Notes: generated by a model from the sequence alone, not told the origin. Counted from the first letter of the stretch, positions 46,069-56,539 are shown. The stretch: 64,000 nt of DNA from Bacteroidaceae bacterium (GCA_017620295.1 JAFZQR010000097.1:2905-66904), one strand, 5' to 3'. Numbers and translations are program-made.

Positions 46069-46069
46069 T

Positions 46070-47677
46070 TCAGCGCATCTGTACAACATTGTGTTTGATG
46101 TTTTTAAAAGCTGATTTCGAGATACAGTTTAACCCTTGTGCTGTCTGTCGTCCAGTTATAGTGGCGTCACTCGTGCTGGCTTTTACGGATGATGACGTTT
46201 TCGCTCTAATCCAACTGTCATTTCCAATATTCCCTTTGCCATCTATAGCCCATGTGCATACAACAAGGTAATCACCATCACGTGGCAAATTCACTCCAGT
46301 CCAATCGAATGTGTCTGTGTTCTTTCCAGTCTTTATCTGATAGTATAGCCAATAAAGATTCCAATGCCTGTCCTCGTTGTATTCATCTTCATCCTCCCAG
46401 CAATCAATATAGTAGGCAGTAGCATTATTGTCAAGGCTAACGTCCCATTGCCATATATTGCTGCCGTCAGAACTGCTCGTTGCCGCCTCAAGATTTGAAA
46501 GAGTCGCAACAGGGAGATTCTTAGACCTCGTGGTGAATTCTTTCTGGATGACTCTGCCTCTGTTGCCATCTGCGTCATAGGCAATGGTGCATAGAACATA
46601 GTCCGTTCCTGCCTTATATGCGTCACCAGTTGATTTCCATATGTAACCCGTCAGATCTTCATTCGAGACTTCCGTCCCTATGTCATTCGACATCACTGAA
46701 ATCAGGTATGAGGTTGATATGGTATCAATGATACTTTTAGGAAGTACTGCATATATGAAATCATGAACATTGGATGTTACGTCAAACTCCGTAACCATAC
46801 CATCTGTGAATTCAAGAAAATCTTTGGCCGTCGCCTCACAGTTTGCTACAACGATGTCACCAACAGTCCAGCCATACACATTGTTATTTGTCGGGATTGT
46901 GAAGAAACCACCCTTACCAACAGGTAGCACACTGGATGATAAAGTACGATAGTAATTCTGGGAATTATTGACGTAAATGCTGAATTGCTTGCTCGTGCTG
47001 CTTGTGCTGTAATCTCCATATATATAAGGCGTGAAGCCTGTGTTATCAACAGTCAGTGTAATGTCTTTTTTTGTTGCTACGGTTGAACCTGTAGAGACGT
47101 TGAGGCTTGTAAAGAACTGGATGCTGTTATCTGAAGCTGGTAGTGTCACGGTTGTGCCTACATTCCCACGGAATCTCATGCGCCAGACATGAGGCTTGAG
47201 TGTGCCTGTGATGTATAGAGCATCTGAAGTGGGGTGCGTGTATGTGCCAGTGGCCTGATATAGCACAGAACTTTCGTTAAGCGTGATGGTGTTACCGCTC
47301 TTTGATACTTGGTTCTCTACATAATATATCTCACATTCGGTATCGCTGATGACAGTTGGCAGTGTGCCAGAGTAAGATACTTGCCAGCCTGATGAGGCAC
47401 TGTAGGATGCTGTGCCAGCAATCGTGCTGGAACCGTTCTTGAAGCGCAGGTATAGGATGCTACCATTGCTCCATGTCTTTGAAATGGCTCTTGTTTCAGG
47501 CGCTTCGTCGTCGAATGATGGCAAATCGCTGTCCCAGTACATTTTACAAGTGTTCGTGGACTCCTGTGTCTCGTCTGGTGTCATGGTAATCTCCGTGTCG
47601 GTGCCAAGGGAACATGACGTGAAGGCTAAGGCTGCAATTATTGCAATACCTGTCAGTTTGAAATGTTTTTTAATCAT
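46070..47677 (-). CDS. Hypothetical surface lipoprotein (535 aa), paralogous over its C-terminal half to 47712-49340
   Basis: Lipobox (ALAFTSC). Shared blocks with the neighbour include GTDYVLCTIAYDADGNRGRVIQKEFTT vs GKNYTIVFIAFASNGKHGSINSQDFST, and IWQWDVSLDNNATAYYIDC vs CYAWDISRGRTTTGYYTYIC. Confidence 0.55.
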   Translation of the reverse strand: MIKKHFKLTGIAIIAALAFTSCSLGTDTEITMTPDETQESTNTCKMYWDSDLPSFDDEAPETRAISKTWSNGSILYLRFKNGSSTIAGTASYSASSGWQVSYSGTLPTVISDTECEIYYVENQVSKSGNTITLNESSVLYQATGTYTHPTSDALYITGTLKPHVWRMRFRGNVGTTVTLPASDNSIQFFTSLNVSTGSTVATKKDITLTVDNTGFTPYIYGDYSTSSTSKQFSIYVNNSQNYYRTLSSSVLPVGKGGFFTIPTNNNVYGWTVGDIVVANCEATAKDFLEFTDGMVTEFDVTSNVHDFIYAVLPKSIIDTISTSYLISVMSNDIGTEVSNEDLTGYIWKSTGDAYKAGTDYVLCTIAYDADGNRGRVIQKEFTTRSKNLPVATLSNLEAATSSSDGSNIWQWDVSLDNNATAYYIDCWEDEDEYNEDRHWNLYWLYYQIKTGKNTDTFDWTGVNLPRDGDYLVVCTWAIDGKGNIGNDSWIRAKTSSSVKASTSDATITGRQTAQGLNCISKSAFKNIKHNVVQMR

Positions 47678-47711
47678 GGTTTATAATGCTTTGTCGTTGA
47701 TTATGTTTCGT

Positions 47712-49340
47712 TTATATTGTCGTATAGTCTGTAAAACCACCTGTTTGGCGGGTGCTGTTGTCAATGTCTGTATCATCATCGAAGTCATCACGTCCGAAAT
47801 CATTTGAGCTGTTGTCTATGTCAGCATCACCATCGAACTCGTCACGTCCGACATCTGTTGAACCTTGATTGTCACTGCCATTGCCTTTCTGATTGATGCT
47901 CACTTCGTATGTACGCCCGCTATTCGTACCCTTAAACGTGATTTTACCCTGTCTGGATGAACCATTGTTGGCAGACACCGTAATGTTTATTGTGGCGGGT
48001 GATGTTCCTGTAGCTTGACAACTAATCCAGGCATTGTCCGAACACGTGGCCGTCCAGTTGTCATTTCCACCAAGGGATACAGTCTTAGTTCCACCAGTTG
48101 CCTCGAAGGATAAGGATGTAGTACTTACTGTAAATGAATATGGGGAAGATGTCTTGAGTTGACCATTCTCTACTTCGTATACCATGTCGTAAACCAGTCC
48201 ACACATGCCATTTGAACTTCGGCTCCATGTAACAATCTGAACATACTTGTCCGAAGGAGAGGCACTGAAATATATTGTTGCGTTGTTGTTTGATTCGTTG
48301 AAAAGGTATTCCTTCCTTACACCAGATCCATAATTGAATGAAGTGGAATGCGAGCTGAAATTGTCGCTTATGTGATCCAGAAATATCTTCCATGCCACCT
48401 TAATGCCATCAGGCTCATGATATTCCGCATAGCCACCCTTGTGCCCTTCCATTGTAGTGAACGATGCTGTGCTGGCACAGATATAAGTGTAGTAGCCTGT
48501 CGTTGTCCTTCCACGGCTGATATCCCATGCATAGCATGATGAGCTTACACCATCTTCATTAACACCTGTTGTAGCCCCCTCATGTGCCATAATGGTTGCT
48601 AATGCTGAACGCTCATCATTCGCCGACGGAGTGCTGAAGTCTTGTGAGTTTATAGAACCATGCTTGCCATTGGATGCAAATGCTATAAACACTATGGTGT
48701 AGTTCTTGCCAGGCTCACAATCGTTGTAGACAAACTCAGGTGCTCCAGAACTTGTGATGTTGATGCGTTCCCAGTCTGAACCAGATTTCGTCGCTTCTTG
48801 ATAGATTGCTTCATTGTTTCCCCTCAGTTCGTTGAAGCGGCTGCGTTCATATACGTTATAAAGTACATAGCTCGTGTTGGAGCTGCTCGTGAGAGTTCCC
48901 GCAATACCATAACACATCACGATATGCAAATCTTCGCTCATGTCCGCCTCACAGTTCGGCTCCCACAGTGCCGCCTGTGTCACTCTTACCGTATCTTTGG
49001 CTTCGCAACCATCGTTGCTTGCCGTCACCACCACTATACACGAACGTTCGGCAATGCTCTCATTGGCCGACATGGTATGTAACGTAATGGTTGTTTTGCC
49101 TGTACCGCTACGGCTAGACGTTTTAAGCCAGTCTTCCCCATCTTCGATGGTCAAGCTCCAACTATAGTCAGTGCGAATCTCGAAGGTCACGGACTCTCCT
49201 GTTCCTGCTGCCAAGTTCAAGTCGGTTGGATTCACTGAAACAGTTGGTTGGGTGATGTCATCATCTGGAGAGCATGCTGCTAACACAATGCAAGTCAGAA
49301 AGAAATGCGTTAAATACCGAATAATTGTAGGATGTTTCAT
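47712..49340 (-). CDS. BACON-domain surface lipoprotein (542 aa) with a C-terminal Asp-rich tandem repeat
   Basis: Lipobox (VLAACS). BACON-like segments lie at the N-terminus (VSVNPTDLNLAAGTGESVTFEIRTDYSWS...TVRVTQ) and near the C-terminus (LSFEATGGTKTVSLGGNDNWTATCSDNAWISC...EVSINQ). Confidence 0.65.
   Translation of the reverse strand: MKHPTIIRYLTHFFLTCIVLAACSPDDDITQPTVSVNPTDLNLAAGTGESVTFEIRTDYSWSLTIEDGEDWLKTSSRSGTGKTTITLHTMSANESIAERSCIVVVTASNDGCEAKDTVRVTQAALWEPNCEADMSEDLHIVMCYGIAGTLTSSSNTSYVLYNVYERSRFNELRGNNEAIYQEATKSGSDWERINITSSGAPEFVYNDCEPGKNYTIVFIAFASNGKHGSINSQDFSTPSANDERSALATIMAHEGATTGVNEDGVSSSCYAWDISRGRTTTGYYTYICASTASFTTMEGHKGGYAEYHEPDGIKVAWKIFLDHISDNFSSHSTSFNYGSGVRKEYLFNESNNNATIYFSASPSDKYVQIVTWSRSSNGMCGLVYDMVYEVENGQLKTSSPYSFTVSTTSLSFEATGGTKTVSLGGNDNWTATCSDNAWISCQATGTSPATINITVSANNGSSRQGKITFKGTNSGRTYEVSINQKGNGSDNQGSTDVGRDEFDGDADIDNSSNDFGRDDFDDDTDIDNSTRQTGGFTDYTTI
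47754..47861. repeat. 2 x 54-nt imperfect tandem repeat encoding an 18-aa Asp-rich unit
   Basis: Copy A (47754-47807) and copy B (47808-47861) encode GRDDFDDDTDIDNSTRQT and GRDEFDGDADIDNSSNDF at the C-terminus of the BACON lipoprotein. Confidence 0.7.
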
Positions 49341-49352
49341 GAATGTTTGTTG

Positions 49353-50795
49353 TTATAAATGTAAATTAAAATGTTTTCTGATAGTACGCCGTCCGATGTC
49401 AGCCTGTTGCAGACCCTCTCCAAGACCTAATGGATGCTTTCTGGCCTCTTCACTACGCTGCTGTCCAATGAATTCATTACCCATAGGCAAACCTTCCGGC
49501 GACGAATAGATTGTCACCAATAATCGTTTCTGTGCAAACGTGTGCCGATATCGTATTCTGAATGTCATCAAACCAGTCTCCCTATCTACGTCGATTTTAT
49601 AGTCATGGGACAACTCCGTATCACCGTTAGGACGAACAATACTCGCCGTTGTGTCGTTAAGTGCACTTAGCAGTGGAACTATGTCAGGACGTACCATTGT
49701 GCCTCTATTCTCTGTACCATTAAAAGAGGGCTTCACTTCATTTGGATGTCTCTGTATTTTATCGCGGACCCAATACGCAGCAGGAAACTCGATGCTTGTA
49801 CTATCCATCGTTATCCTCAGCCCCTGCATAAGAAGTGTCATTTGTAGTGGTAGGTCGTATGTTGCCAATGACAGTGTAAGCGTGTCATTGCCGTATTTTG
49901 TTTCCAGCTTAGCCTCATCTAAAGCTTGTTCTAGAGTGCTTGACTCATCCTCTCTGTCAACATTAGCATTATTCACATCGTCTATTGAGAATTTTTCCCA
50001 GCAGCGAATGTTCGATTGCATCAACTTTATAATGTCTGTTTCCTCGCTCGGATGCCGTTCCCTCTCAAACTGCATCATATCACCTCCGTCAGAACCCTCT
50101 AGTGGAGGCATGTTTGTTCTGTCGTTATCTGAGACAAGACCTATTGTCCATGATGTCCGTAGCTTACGAGTCTGCATCAGCTCATCTTTTGGCAGAAGCA
50201 CATAAAAATTGATGGCAGCTTTTTCACGGTCTAGCTCTATATGGAAACGCTGAAAACCCAATCTGCATTCAGATCTACCTTTACGGAATATCGCACCTTT
50301 TCGGTTAAGTTCAGTTATCAAAGGTGAAATGTCAGGCCTAACGTCAGAACCATGTTCGGCATTATCATCTGGACAGAGAGTCTCTAACTCGTCCCTTACA
50401 TCCAATGCTGATGGCAACCTTATCTCATAATGTTTCCGCTTGCGTCCTGTCGGGTCAATGATAATCGATGTGGGTTGCATTAGTAGCCTCATCTGAATTG
50501 CAGGATGAGCCACAGACAAACACACCAGCATGTTTTTGTCATCTGTAGCAAGGTTTAATACAGTACCCTCATGGAGAATATTGATGGCCACGGAGTTCGG
50601 GCATGCGGAGATGAATGCTTTTAGCGAGTCGGTTGGATGTCCAATTGTATCCATGCATTCTATAAGAGATCCGCGGACATGTGCAACAGATGCCATATAC
50701 AACAGCAATAGAAATATCACTTCTTTGTAGTATATGCTTCTTTCTTCATGGCTTTTCTCAACCATTTGAGAGGGGCTTGGATTGAGGTTGTTCAT
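49353..50795 (-). CDS. Hypothetical exported protein (480 aa) built from an internal duplication
   Basis: N-terminal hydrophobic anchor (VIFLLLLYMASVA). The two halves share QMxLLMQ...I..D, VRPDI(S/V)PL(I/L) and ID(L/V)DRE blocks. Confidence 0.5.
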   Translation of the reverse strand: MNNLNPSPSQMVEKSHEERSIYYKEVIFLLLLYMASVAHVRGSLIECMDTIGHPTDSLKAFISACPNSVAINILHEGTVLNLATDDKNMLVCLSVAHPAIQMRLLMQPTSIIIDPTGRKRKHYEIRLPSALDVRDELETLCPDDNAEHGSDVRPDISPLITELNRKGAIFRKGRSECRLGFQRFHIELDREKAAINFYVLLPKDELMQTRKLRTSWTIGLVSDNDRTNMPPLEGSDGGDMMQFERERHPSEETDIIKLMQSNIRCWEKFSIDDVNNANVDREDESSTLEQALDEAKLETKYGNDTLTLSLATYDLPLQMTLLMQGLRITMDSTSIEFPAAYWVRDKIQRHPNEVKPSFNGTENRGTMVRPDIVPLLSALNDTTASIVRPNGDTELSHDYKIDVDRETGLMTFRIRYRHTFAQKRLLVTIYSSPEGLPMGNEFIGQQRSEEARKHPLGLGEGLQQADIGRRTIRKHFNLHL

Positions 50796-50802
50796 ATTTA
50801 TG

Positions 50803-53562
50803 TCAATGGTTTGTGTTCAGATTGTAAGTGAAAGAAAGCATCGCATAGCGTCCAAGTATATTGGTTGTTACCTCTCGTCGATACAGTTCGGTAGTTGTCT
50901 GATAGAAACTGTTGTCTTGATCAAGCATGTCATGCAGAGAGAAACGCAGTTCACCTCGTTTGTCCTTCATACATTTGTAGGCTAGGGCTATATTGCTAAT
51001 TGTAGCGTTGAATTGGGATGTGCCAGATCCAAAGTAATTAGTGCGCCCGCATTCCAGTACCAATTTCAATTGAGGCACGAACTGCCAGTTCAGTTGTGCG
51101 CCATAGGATAGCGACCAGTAGTTCACGTTCATATTATCAAATGTCATGTTAGCACTGGAATTATATACAGTATTAATATCTACCACGAAATCCACATCCT
51201 CGCTTATGTTGCTGCCCATAGTCGCATTCGCACTCCAGTTCCATTGCTCGGTGAACTGCTTATGGTTGTCCCAATAGCCAGGTGTCTTCGTATATTTTAC
51301 CATTGATGAGAGATTTACATTTGAACTTGCCAATGATAAAGGAAAACCGTAAGCCACAAGGGATGTCCAACTGAAAAATCCGTCTGTGTTCTGGTATGAA
51401 AGGATTTGCGTGTTCCGTCGTTCTCCTTCACCTTGAAAACTCTCTGATGACAGCGACCTTAACGAGCCTATATAGTTGTCTGATTGTTCCAGATTGTTGA
51501 AGAAAACGAATACAGCACCTGTTGAGGATATTGGCATAACCAATCGTGATGTGAGGTTATGGTGGTATGCGGGTTCCAACCACAGGCTTCCCCTAATAGC
51601 CATAGTAGCGTTTGAATTGTTGATAACATCATGCACTTGAGCCAACCCTGGATATTTGTGAGATGCTTTATACTGCACGTGTAGTTGAGACCTGTTGAAA
51701 TGATACCTTAGGAATAGGTATGGCAGAGGGGTAATGTAGTTTCGCTTGAGATAATAGAGGTCGTTGCTGTTATACAGATTATATCTTTGCACTTCAATAC
51801 CAGCAACCATGTTCACTTCTCCCATATTCATTAGCCAAGCCATGTTTGCTTGCCATCCCCCGAAATTTGACCACGTCGAACCACTCAGAAGAGAGTCTGT
51901 AGAATATACTGAACTCCCGGCTGTCATCATGTCTGTGCGGCGACGCATCATACCAAGGGTTTTGCTCCATCCTATGTCTAATTTCAGACGGTGATGTCTG
52001 CCTAATGCGTGAATATATGACAGCATATAGGTGAAAGAACGTTGCTTGTTTATCACCCCAGTGTTCTGTTGTGCTGCTTCGCCGCTTTGTACGTTGCTGA
52101 AATCCATATATATGTCTTCATCAGTACGCATATATGAGACACGTGCATCTGCTGTAATGACATGTCCGCTGCGACCAAACCGATGCATGAACATGGCCTC
52201 TCCAGATGTCGAGAGAACAGATTGGTCAGTGTTTGTCATCTGCTGTAATAGGTGAGCTGTGTCTGTTGCTGTTACTGTCCAGGCCGTTATGTTCGAGAGT
52301 TCGTCCTTACCTTGATAGGCGAGTGCAGGACGTAACAGGATGTAGTTTAATGAGTCTATTCGGAACTCATATTTAGCGTTGAAACGATGGTTGAGGTTTG
52401 TATTATCTACAGTCTGTGCTTGTAGATTGTTGGATGCCGTGGCACCAAAGTAACTATCATATATATCATAGCGAGTGTGGTTATCTGAATTGTTATATAG
52501 ATAATGTCCAGAGAACTTCATCTTACCCTTATCCCATTCATCGGAGTAATTGGTTCCTGCTGCGCGTGATGTGGTAATGCCATAATCGCTTACATCTACC
52601 ATCATCGATGAGATGTCGTCTGAGGTTGTTGGATGGAAATTATTTGTGTTCGAACCTTTGGCGTATGGTGATTGTGAGGGAGCACTGGTGGAGGCTGTTC
52701 CTGTCACACTCAATAGGTCAATCATTGAGAAATTCTGCTCGTTTATGTTGTTCCATTGTGTGAACAACGACCATCTTTGATCGTCATTGAACCAATTGTA
52801 CATACCGTATAGTTTGTACATATTTTTTACGCCTGCCCCTGCAGTTGCTTTGCCAAAATGACTGTGGGCTGTGCCTTGACGAGTACGTATATTTATGGTT
52901 TTTTGTGTGTTTCCATCATTAAAGCCTGAGAGTTCGGCATAGTCGGAAAGCTTGTCGTATATTTGTATTTCACTAATTACGTGGGCTGGGAGATTTCTCA
53001 GGGCCATATTGACATCTCCCCTAAAGTATTCTCGACCGTCAATCTCAATGCTTTTGACTTCTTCACCGTGTGCCATTAGTTTGCCGTCTTTCATCCCAAC
53101 TCCGGGAAGCTTTTGAGATAGTAGGTCGTAGGCTGTGGCGTCTGCATGCACTTTGTACGAACTGGCAAAATAAACGGTTGTGTCACCTCTCTGTGTAACA
53201 AGAGGTACTCTACTTCTGACAACAACTTCTGATAGTTCTGATTCGTTTGGGGTTAGTTCGATGTCGAGATGCAATTGTTTTTTATTGGCAATCACAACTC
53301 TTGTAGTTGGAGTAAATCCCATATATGTAACTTTAACTGTTGTGTTGGTGCCGCGTGGCATGGAAAAGGTATAAAACCCTTTGTCGTTAGCTACACATAC
53401 TTTCTTCTCACCGCTAATGCTATATGAAATATTTGCTCCTGGCAGGGCTATTTTATCCTCAGAATCGGAAATGATGCCTGACACTGTGCATGTCTGGGCT
53501 GACAGTCGCATAGTAATAGGAATCATTAGTATTAAGAATATATGTTTTACTTTTAATGGCAT
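50803..53562 (-). CDS. Outer-membrane beta-barrel family protein with CarboxypepD_reg-like and plug-like N-terminal domains (TonB-dependent-receptor-like)
   Basis: Signal peptide. CTVSGIISDSEDKIALPGANISY...VKVTYMGF is the carboxypeptidase-regulatory-like fold. Then a plug-like DLLSQKLPGVGMKDGKLMAHGEEVKSIEIDGREYF and ~700 aa of barrel ending ...LSFTYNLNTNH. Confidence 0.7.
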   Translation of the reverse strand: MPLKVKHIFLILMIPITMRLSAQTCTVSGIISDSEDKIALPGANISYSISGEKKVCVANDKGFYTFSMPRGTNTTVKVTYMGFTPTTRVVIANKKQLHLDIELTPNESELSEVVVRSRVPLVTQRGDTTVYFASSYKVHADATAYDLLSQKLPGVGMKDGKLMAHGEEVKSIEIDGREYFRGDVNMALRNLPAHVISEIQIYDKLSDYAELSGFNDGNTQKTINIRTRQGTAHSHFGKATAGAGVKNMYKLYGMYNWFNDDQRWSLFTQWNNINEQNFSMIDLLSVTGTASTSAPSQSPYAKGSNTNNFHPTTSDDISSMMVDVSDYGITTSRAAGTNYSDEWDKGKMKFSGHYLYNNSDNHTRYDIYDSYFGATASNNLQAQTVDNTNLNHRFNAKYEFRIDSLNYILLRPALAYQGKDELSNITAWTVTATDTAHLLQQMTNTDQSVLSTSGEAMFMHRFGRSGHVITADARVSYMRTDEDIYMDFSNVQSGEAAQQNTGVINKQRSFTYMLSYIHALGRHHRLKLDIGWSKTLGMMRRRTDMMTAGSSVYSTDSLLSGSTWSNFGGWQANMAWLMNMGEVNMVAGIEVQRYNLYNSNDLYYLKRNYITPLPYLFLRYHFNRSQLHVQYKASHKYPGLAQVHDVINNSNATMAIRGSLWLEPAYHHNLTSRLVMPISSTGAVFVFFNNLEQSDNYIGSLRSLSSESFQGEGERRNTQILSYQNTDGFFSWTSLVAYGFPLSLASSNVNLSSMVKYTKTPGYWDNHKQFTEQWNWSANATMGSNISEDVDFVVDINTVYNSSANMTFDNMNVNYWSLSYGAQLNWQFVPQLKLVLECGRTNYFGSGTSQFNATISNIALAYKCMKDKRGELRFSLHDMLDQDNSFYQTTTELYRREVTTNILGRYAMLSFTYNLNTNH

Positions 53563-53583
53563 ATAGGTCTTGTGGTGTTACTC

Positions 53584-54453
53584 TTAGTGTGTTATTATTA
53601 TCAGCAGTCCCAATATTGCAATGGCAGATCCTATTATCTCTCTTTGAGTGGCTCGCTCATGGTTGATGATGAAGGCAAATAAGAGTACGAATACAGGTTC
53701 CATTGCAGATAATATGGATGTGATGGATACGCTGGTATATTTGATTGCGAGCATGGATAGAAGAAACCCTCCTAATGTTACAACAATGACATTAATGATA
53801 AACTGCAAAAGAATGCTGCAATTGGATAGTGGCTTTATCCAAGGGGTGATATTATGGGTGGTAACACCGATGAAGAGTACGGAGAGTGTGCCGGCTACCA
53901 TACGATAGTATGTTGCTGTGAGGACCTGGACATCTCCGATAGTTATCTTAACCATAATAGATGAAAAGGAATAGCATAGGATAGAGAGCAGGCCTAGAAT
54001 GATACCCCTTTTCTTGTTGGGATGGTCTTCCTGTTTGCCTATGATGACGATTAGGATTCCGGAGAGGAGAATGACAGCTCCGGCGTACTGCCTTATTGAG
54101 AGTATATCTCCCAAAAGGATAAATGAGAGGAACATCGTGACAACCTGTCCGAGCATGAAGTAGAGTACTTGTGTTTTTGCTCCAAGGTCTTGAAGTGAAT
54201 GGAAGAAGAGCGAGTCTCCAATGCCTATTCCAATTATTCCGCTGATGACTAGGATTGTAGCTGCTTTGAGTGTTAGTGCGGTGAGTCCACCCATAGGAAT
54301 TATGAGTAATGTCATAATGACAATGCTAAAAGTTCCTTTGAGGAATGTGATGCCTGCGTATGGTATTACCTTCCCTAATCGGTCGAAAAGCACCGTTGCA
54401 AAAGCCCAGGATGCGGTCGAGAGGATTGCTGCTGATATGCCGATAGCTTCCAT
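53584..54453 (-). CDS. EamA/DMT-superfamily transporter
   Basis: 289 aa with ten hydrophobic segments in two similar halves, the typical DMT layout. Confidence 0.7.
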   Translation of the reverse strand: MEAIGISAAILSTASWAFATVLFDRLGKVIPYAGITFLKGTFSIVIMTLLIIPMGGLTALTLKAATILVISGIIGIGIGDSLFFHSLQDLGAKTQVLYFMLGQVVTMFLSFILLGDILSIRQYAGAVILLSGILIVIIGKQEDHPNKKRGIILGLLSILCYSFSSIMVKITIGDVQVLTATYYRMVAGTLSVLFIGVTTHNITPWIKPLSNCSILLQFIINVIVVTLGGFLLSMLAIKYTSVSITSILSAMEPVFVLLFAFIINHERATQREIIGSAIAILGLLIIITH

Positions 54454-54466
54454 TGTTAGGGGGGTG

Positions 54467-56539
54467 TCACGGTACTAGTTTGAATCGTAGTAGGTATCGC
54501 TGAGGTATTACTTGTATGTAGTCAACAAGCTGGAAACCATAGAATGACAGCTGTCTTTCTATGAGGCGTCGGTCGATATATGGTCCATGATAGGGTAGGG
54601 TGTCATCGCAGACAGGGCTGTTGTCAACGATGATTAGTTCGCCGCCTGGTTTGAGCTGTTCAACCAGTGAGGTTAGATAAGTATGTCGGTCGTTGTCGGG
54701 TATAACGCCATATAATATGTGGTATAGCGAACACATGAACATGATGTCCACTTGTTCTGGGAGCTTGAGTATATCCTCTTTTCCGCGAATAATTCTAATA
54801 TTGCTTATTGAGTTCTCTGTTATGAATGACTGTAGTCTGTTTATGTGTTCCTCTTTTAACTCTAGTGCATAGACGATACCCTCGTCTCCGGTCATTTCGG
54901 CAAATTTGGTTGTGAAAAATCCGCTTCCTGATCCAATGTCTGCAACTTTCATTCCTGCTTTAATGGGTATGTTACTAAGGATAGTCTCTGTTTTTTCCCA
55001 TTGTGGTCGAAGGGGATTGAGAGCAAGTATATAGTCTTCCAGATAGGAACGGTGTGTTCGTCCTACCTCGCCACTCATCTCCAGAAGAGAGTCTGATATC
55101 ATTCTAATAGAGTCGTTTCCGAGTTTGTACTTATGCAAGAGATAGTATCGTATGATATTGCAGCTATCTGCTGTGAGATAATTGTAGAAACTGCGTGTCA
55201 GTGGGGCTGTCAGCATTGTTTCTCGTTGTTCTGCTGTTGCGAGTCTGGCTTTGCAAAGCCACTGTAGCGCAGAGTATTCCCCTCCAAAATTCTCTTGTGG
55301 TATGAGTTCTTCGTATTTACGTATTGCGATTTCGGCAAGTTCGGGTTGGCCTCCGCCCATGAAGTCGTATACATACTGCGCAGCGTCTATGCCACGGTCT
55401 GTAATGTCATAGCTGTCAAGGCTACCGATGTGTATAATAGACTGTTGATTCTCGATTGAGAGATTGGGCTGGTGTGATGAAACTTCTGCGGATAAATGTG
55501 GCTGATAGGATTGGTCTTGTTGGAATATCATCATGTACCTCTGGTTGCTCAAAGGCAGTATGCTCTTACGCCGAAATCCCCAATATGCAAGTTGTGCCTC
55601 AACCAATTGCGGGTCAACATGACAGTTGTTGAGTTCCATTCCGTGAAGGTTGTAGTTATCCACAACCACTATATATCCATTTTTGTGGAGGTGTTCCTTG
55701 ATGGATGAGAGTAACGACTTCCGCTCGTCTTCGCGCGACCACGTATATATAATATGGTATAATGAACTTATGAGAATGCAGTCAACTGTGTCCTCTATGC
55801 CTAATGTGTTGGTTTGGGTGTTTATGGCGATAACATTGTGTATTCCGTTTCGGACCATGATGTCGTTGACATACTTGATATATGACTGTTCTGTGTCTGT
55901 GGCATATACGATTCCTTTTTCGCCTACACGCTCAGACAGCCTTAATGTGTTGTATCCGAAACCGCATCCCATATCTACGACCTTTGAGCCATTGGATATT
56001 GGCAGCATGTGCATGATTTGTTCAGTGTGATCCCATTTGTTGCGTGTTGGGTCGTTGAACATAAGCATGTCGTCATAATAGGTGCGTTTTGCGATGTGTA
56101 GTTTCACGGAGCGGGGTTTATATCCGTTAAGCTCAAACTTTAGCACGAGATACTCTTTCAGTTTGTAGCATTTGTTGTCTGTGAATTGGCGGTATAAATC
56201 CTCAGTCAGAATGTCTGCTTGGTCGATGAACTGTCCCTTGCGTTCTTCGAGCATTCTATTAAGGATGTATGCCAGTGCGCCCCATGCCTTTTCCTTCTGA
56301 GTGTCATCTGCCGCCTTTCTGGTCCAAGCTCTGCATACGTACTCTATAGAATCTGGATGATTATTGTCCAAAGCGTTGAGTAGGGTATAAGCGAGTGTCG
56401 TATCTCCGGAGTCCGTCGGATGTGGATTCATACCGACTCTAACCAGTGAGGATGCATCATTGATAGCGATTTCGAACTGCGCAGAAGCCATTAGAGAGCT
56501 TATGGAGGTAATAATAAATAGAATGTGTCGCTTGATCAT
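54467..56539 (-). CDS. Tandem double class I SAM-dependent methyltransferase with an N-terminal signal/anchor sequence
   Basis: Two Rossmann motif I copies (VVDMGCGFGYNT, VADIGSGSGFFT), each followed by IVYA(T/L)(D/E) and (I/V)VVDN blocks. The N-terminus is MIKRHILFIITSISSLMASAQ. Confidence 0.75.
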   Translation of the reverse strand: MIKRHILFIITSISSLMASAQFEIAINDASSLVRVGMNPHPTDSGDTTLAYTLLNALDNNHPDSIEYVCRAWTRKAADDTQKEKAWGALAYILNRMLEERKGQFIDQADILTEDLYRQFTDNKCYKLKEYLVLKFELNGYKPRSVKLHIAKRTYYDDMLMFNDPTRNKWDHTEQIMHMLPISNGSKVVDMGCGFGYNTLRLSERVGEKGIVYATDTEQSYIKYVNDIMVRNGIHNVIAINTQTNTLGIEDTVDCILISSLYHIIYTWSREDERKSLLSSIKEHLHKNGYIVVVDNYNLHGMELNNCHVDPQLVEAQLAYWGFRRKSILPLSNQRYMMIFQQDQSYQPHLSAEVSSHQPNLSIENQQSIIHIGSLDSYDITDRGIDAAQYVYDFMGGGQPELAEIAIRKYEELIPQENFGGEYSALQWLCKARLATAEQRETMLTAPLTRSFYNYLTADSCNIIRYYLLHKYKLGNDSIRMISDSLLEMSGEVGRTHRSYLEDYILALNPLRPQWEKTETILSNIPIKAGMKVADIGSGSGFFTTKFAEMTGDEGIVYALELKEEHINRLQSFITENSISNIRIIRGKEDILKLPEQVDIMFMCSLYHILYGVIPDNDRHTYLTSLVEQLKPGGELIIVDNSPVCDDTLPYHGPYIDRRLIERQLSFYGFQLVDYIQVIPQRYLLRFKLVP

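Noticed and set aside
49651-50205. 184-aa plus-strand ORF
   Set aside because: It is antisense to the 480-aa minus-strand gene inside a tightly packed operon. The Ser/Cys-rich translation is not protein-like.
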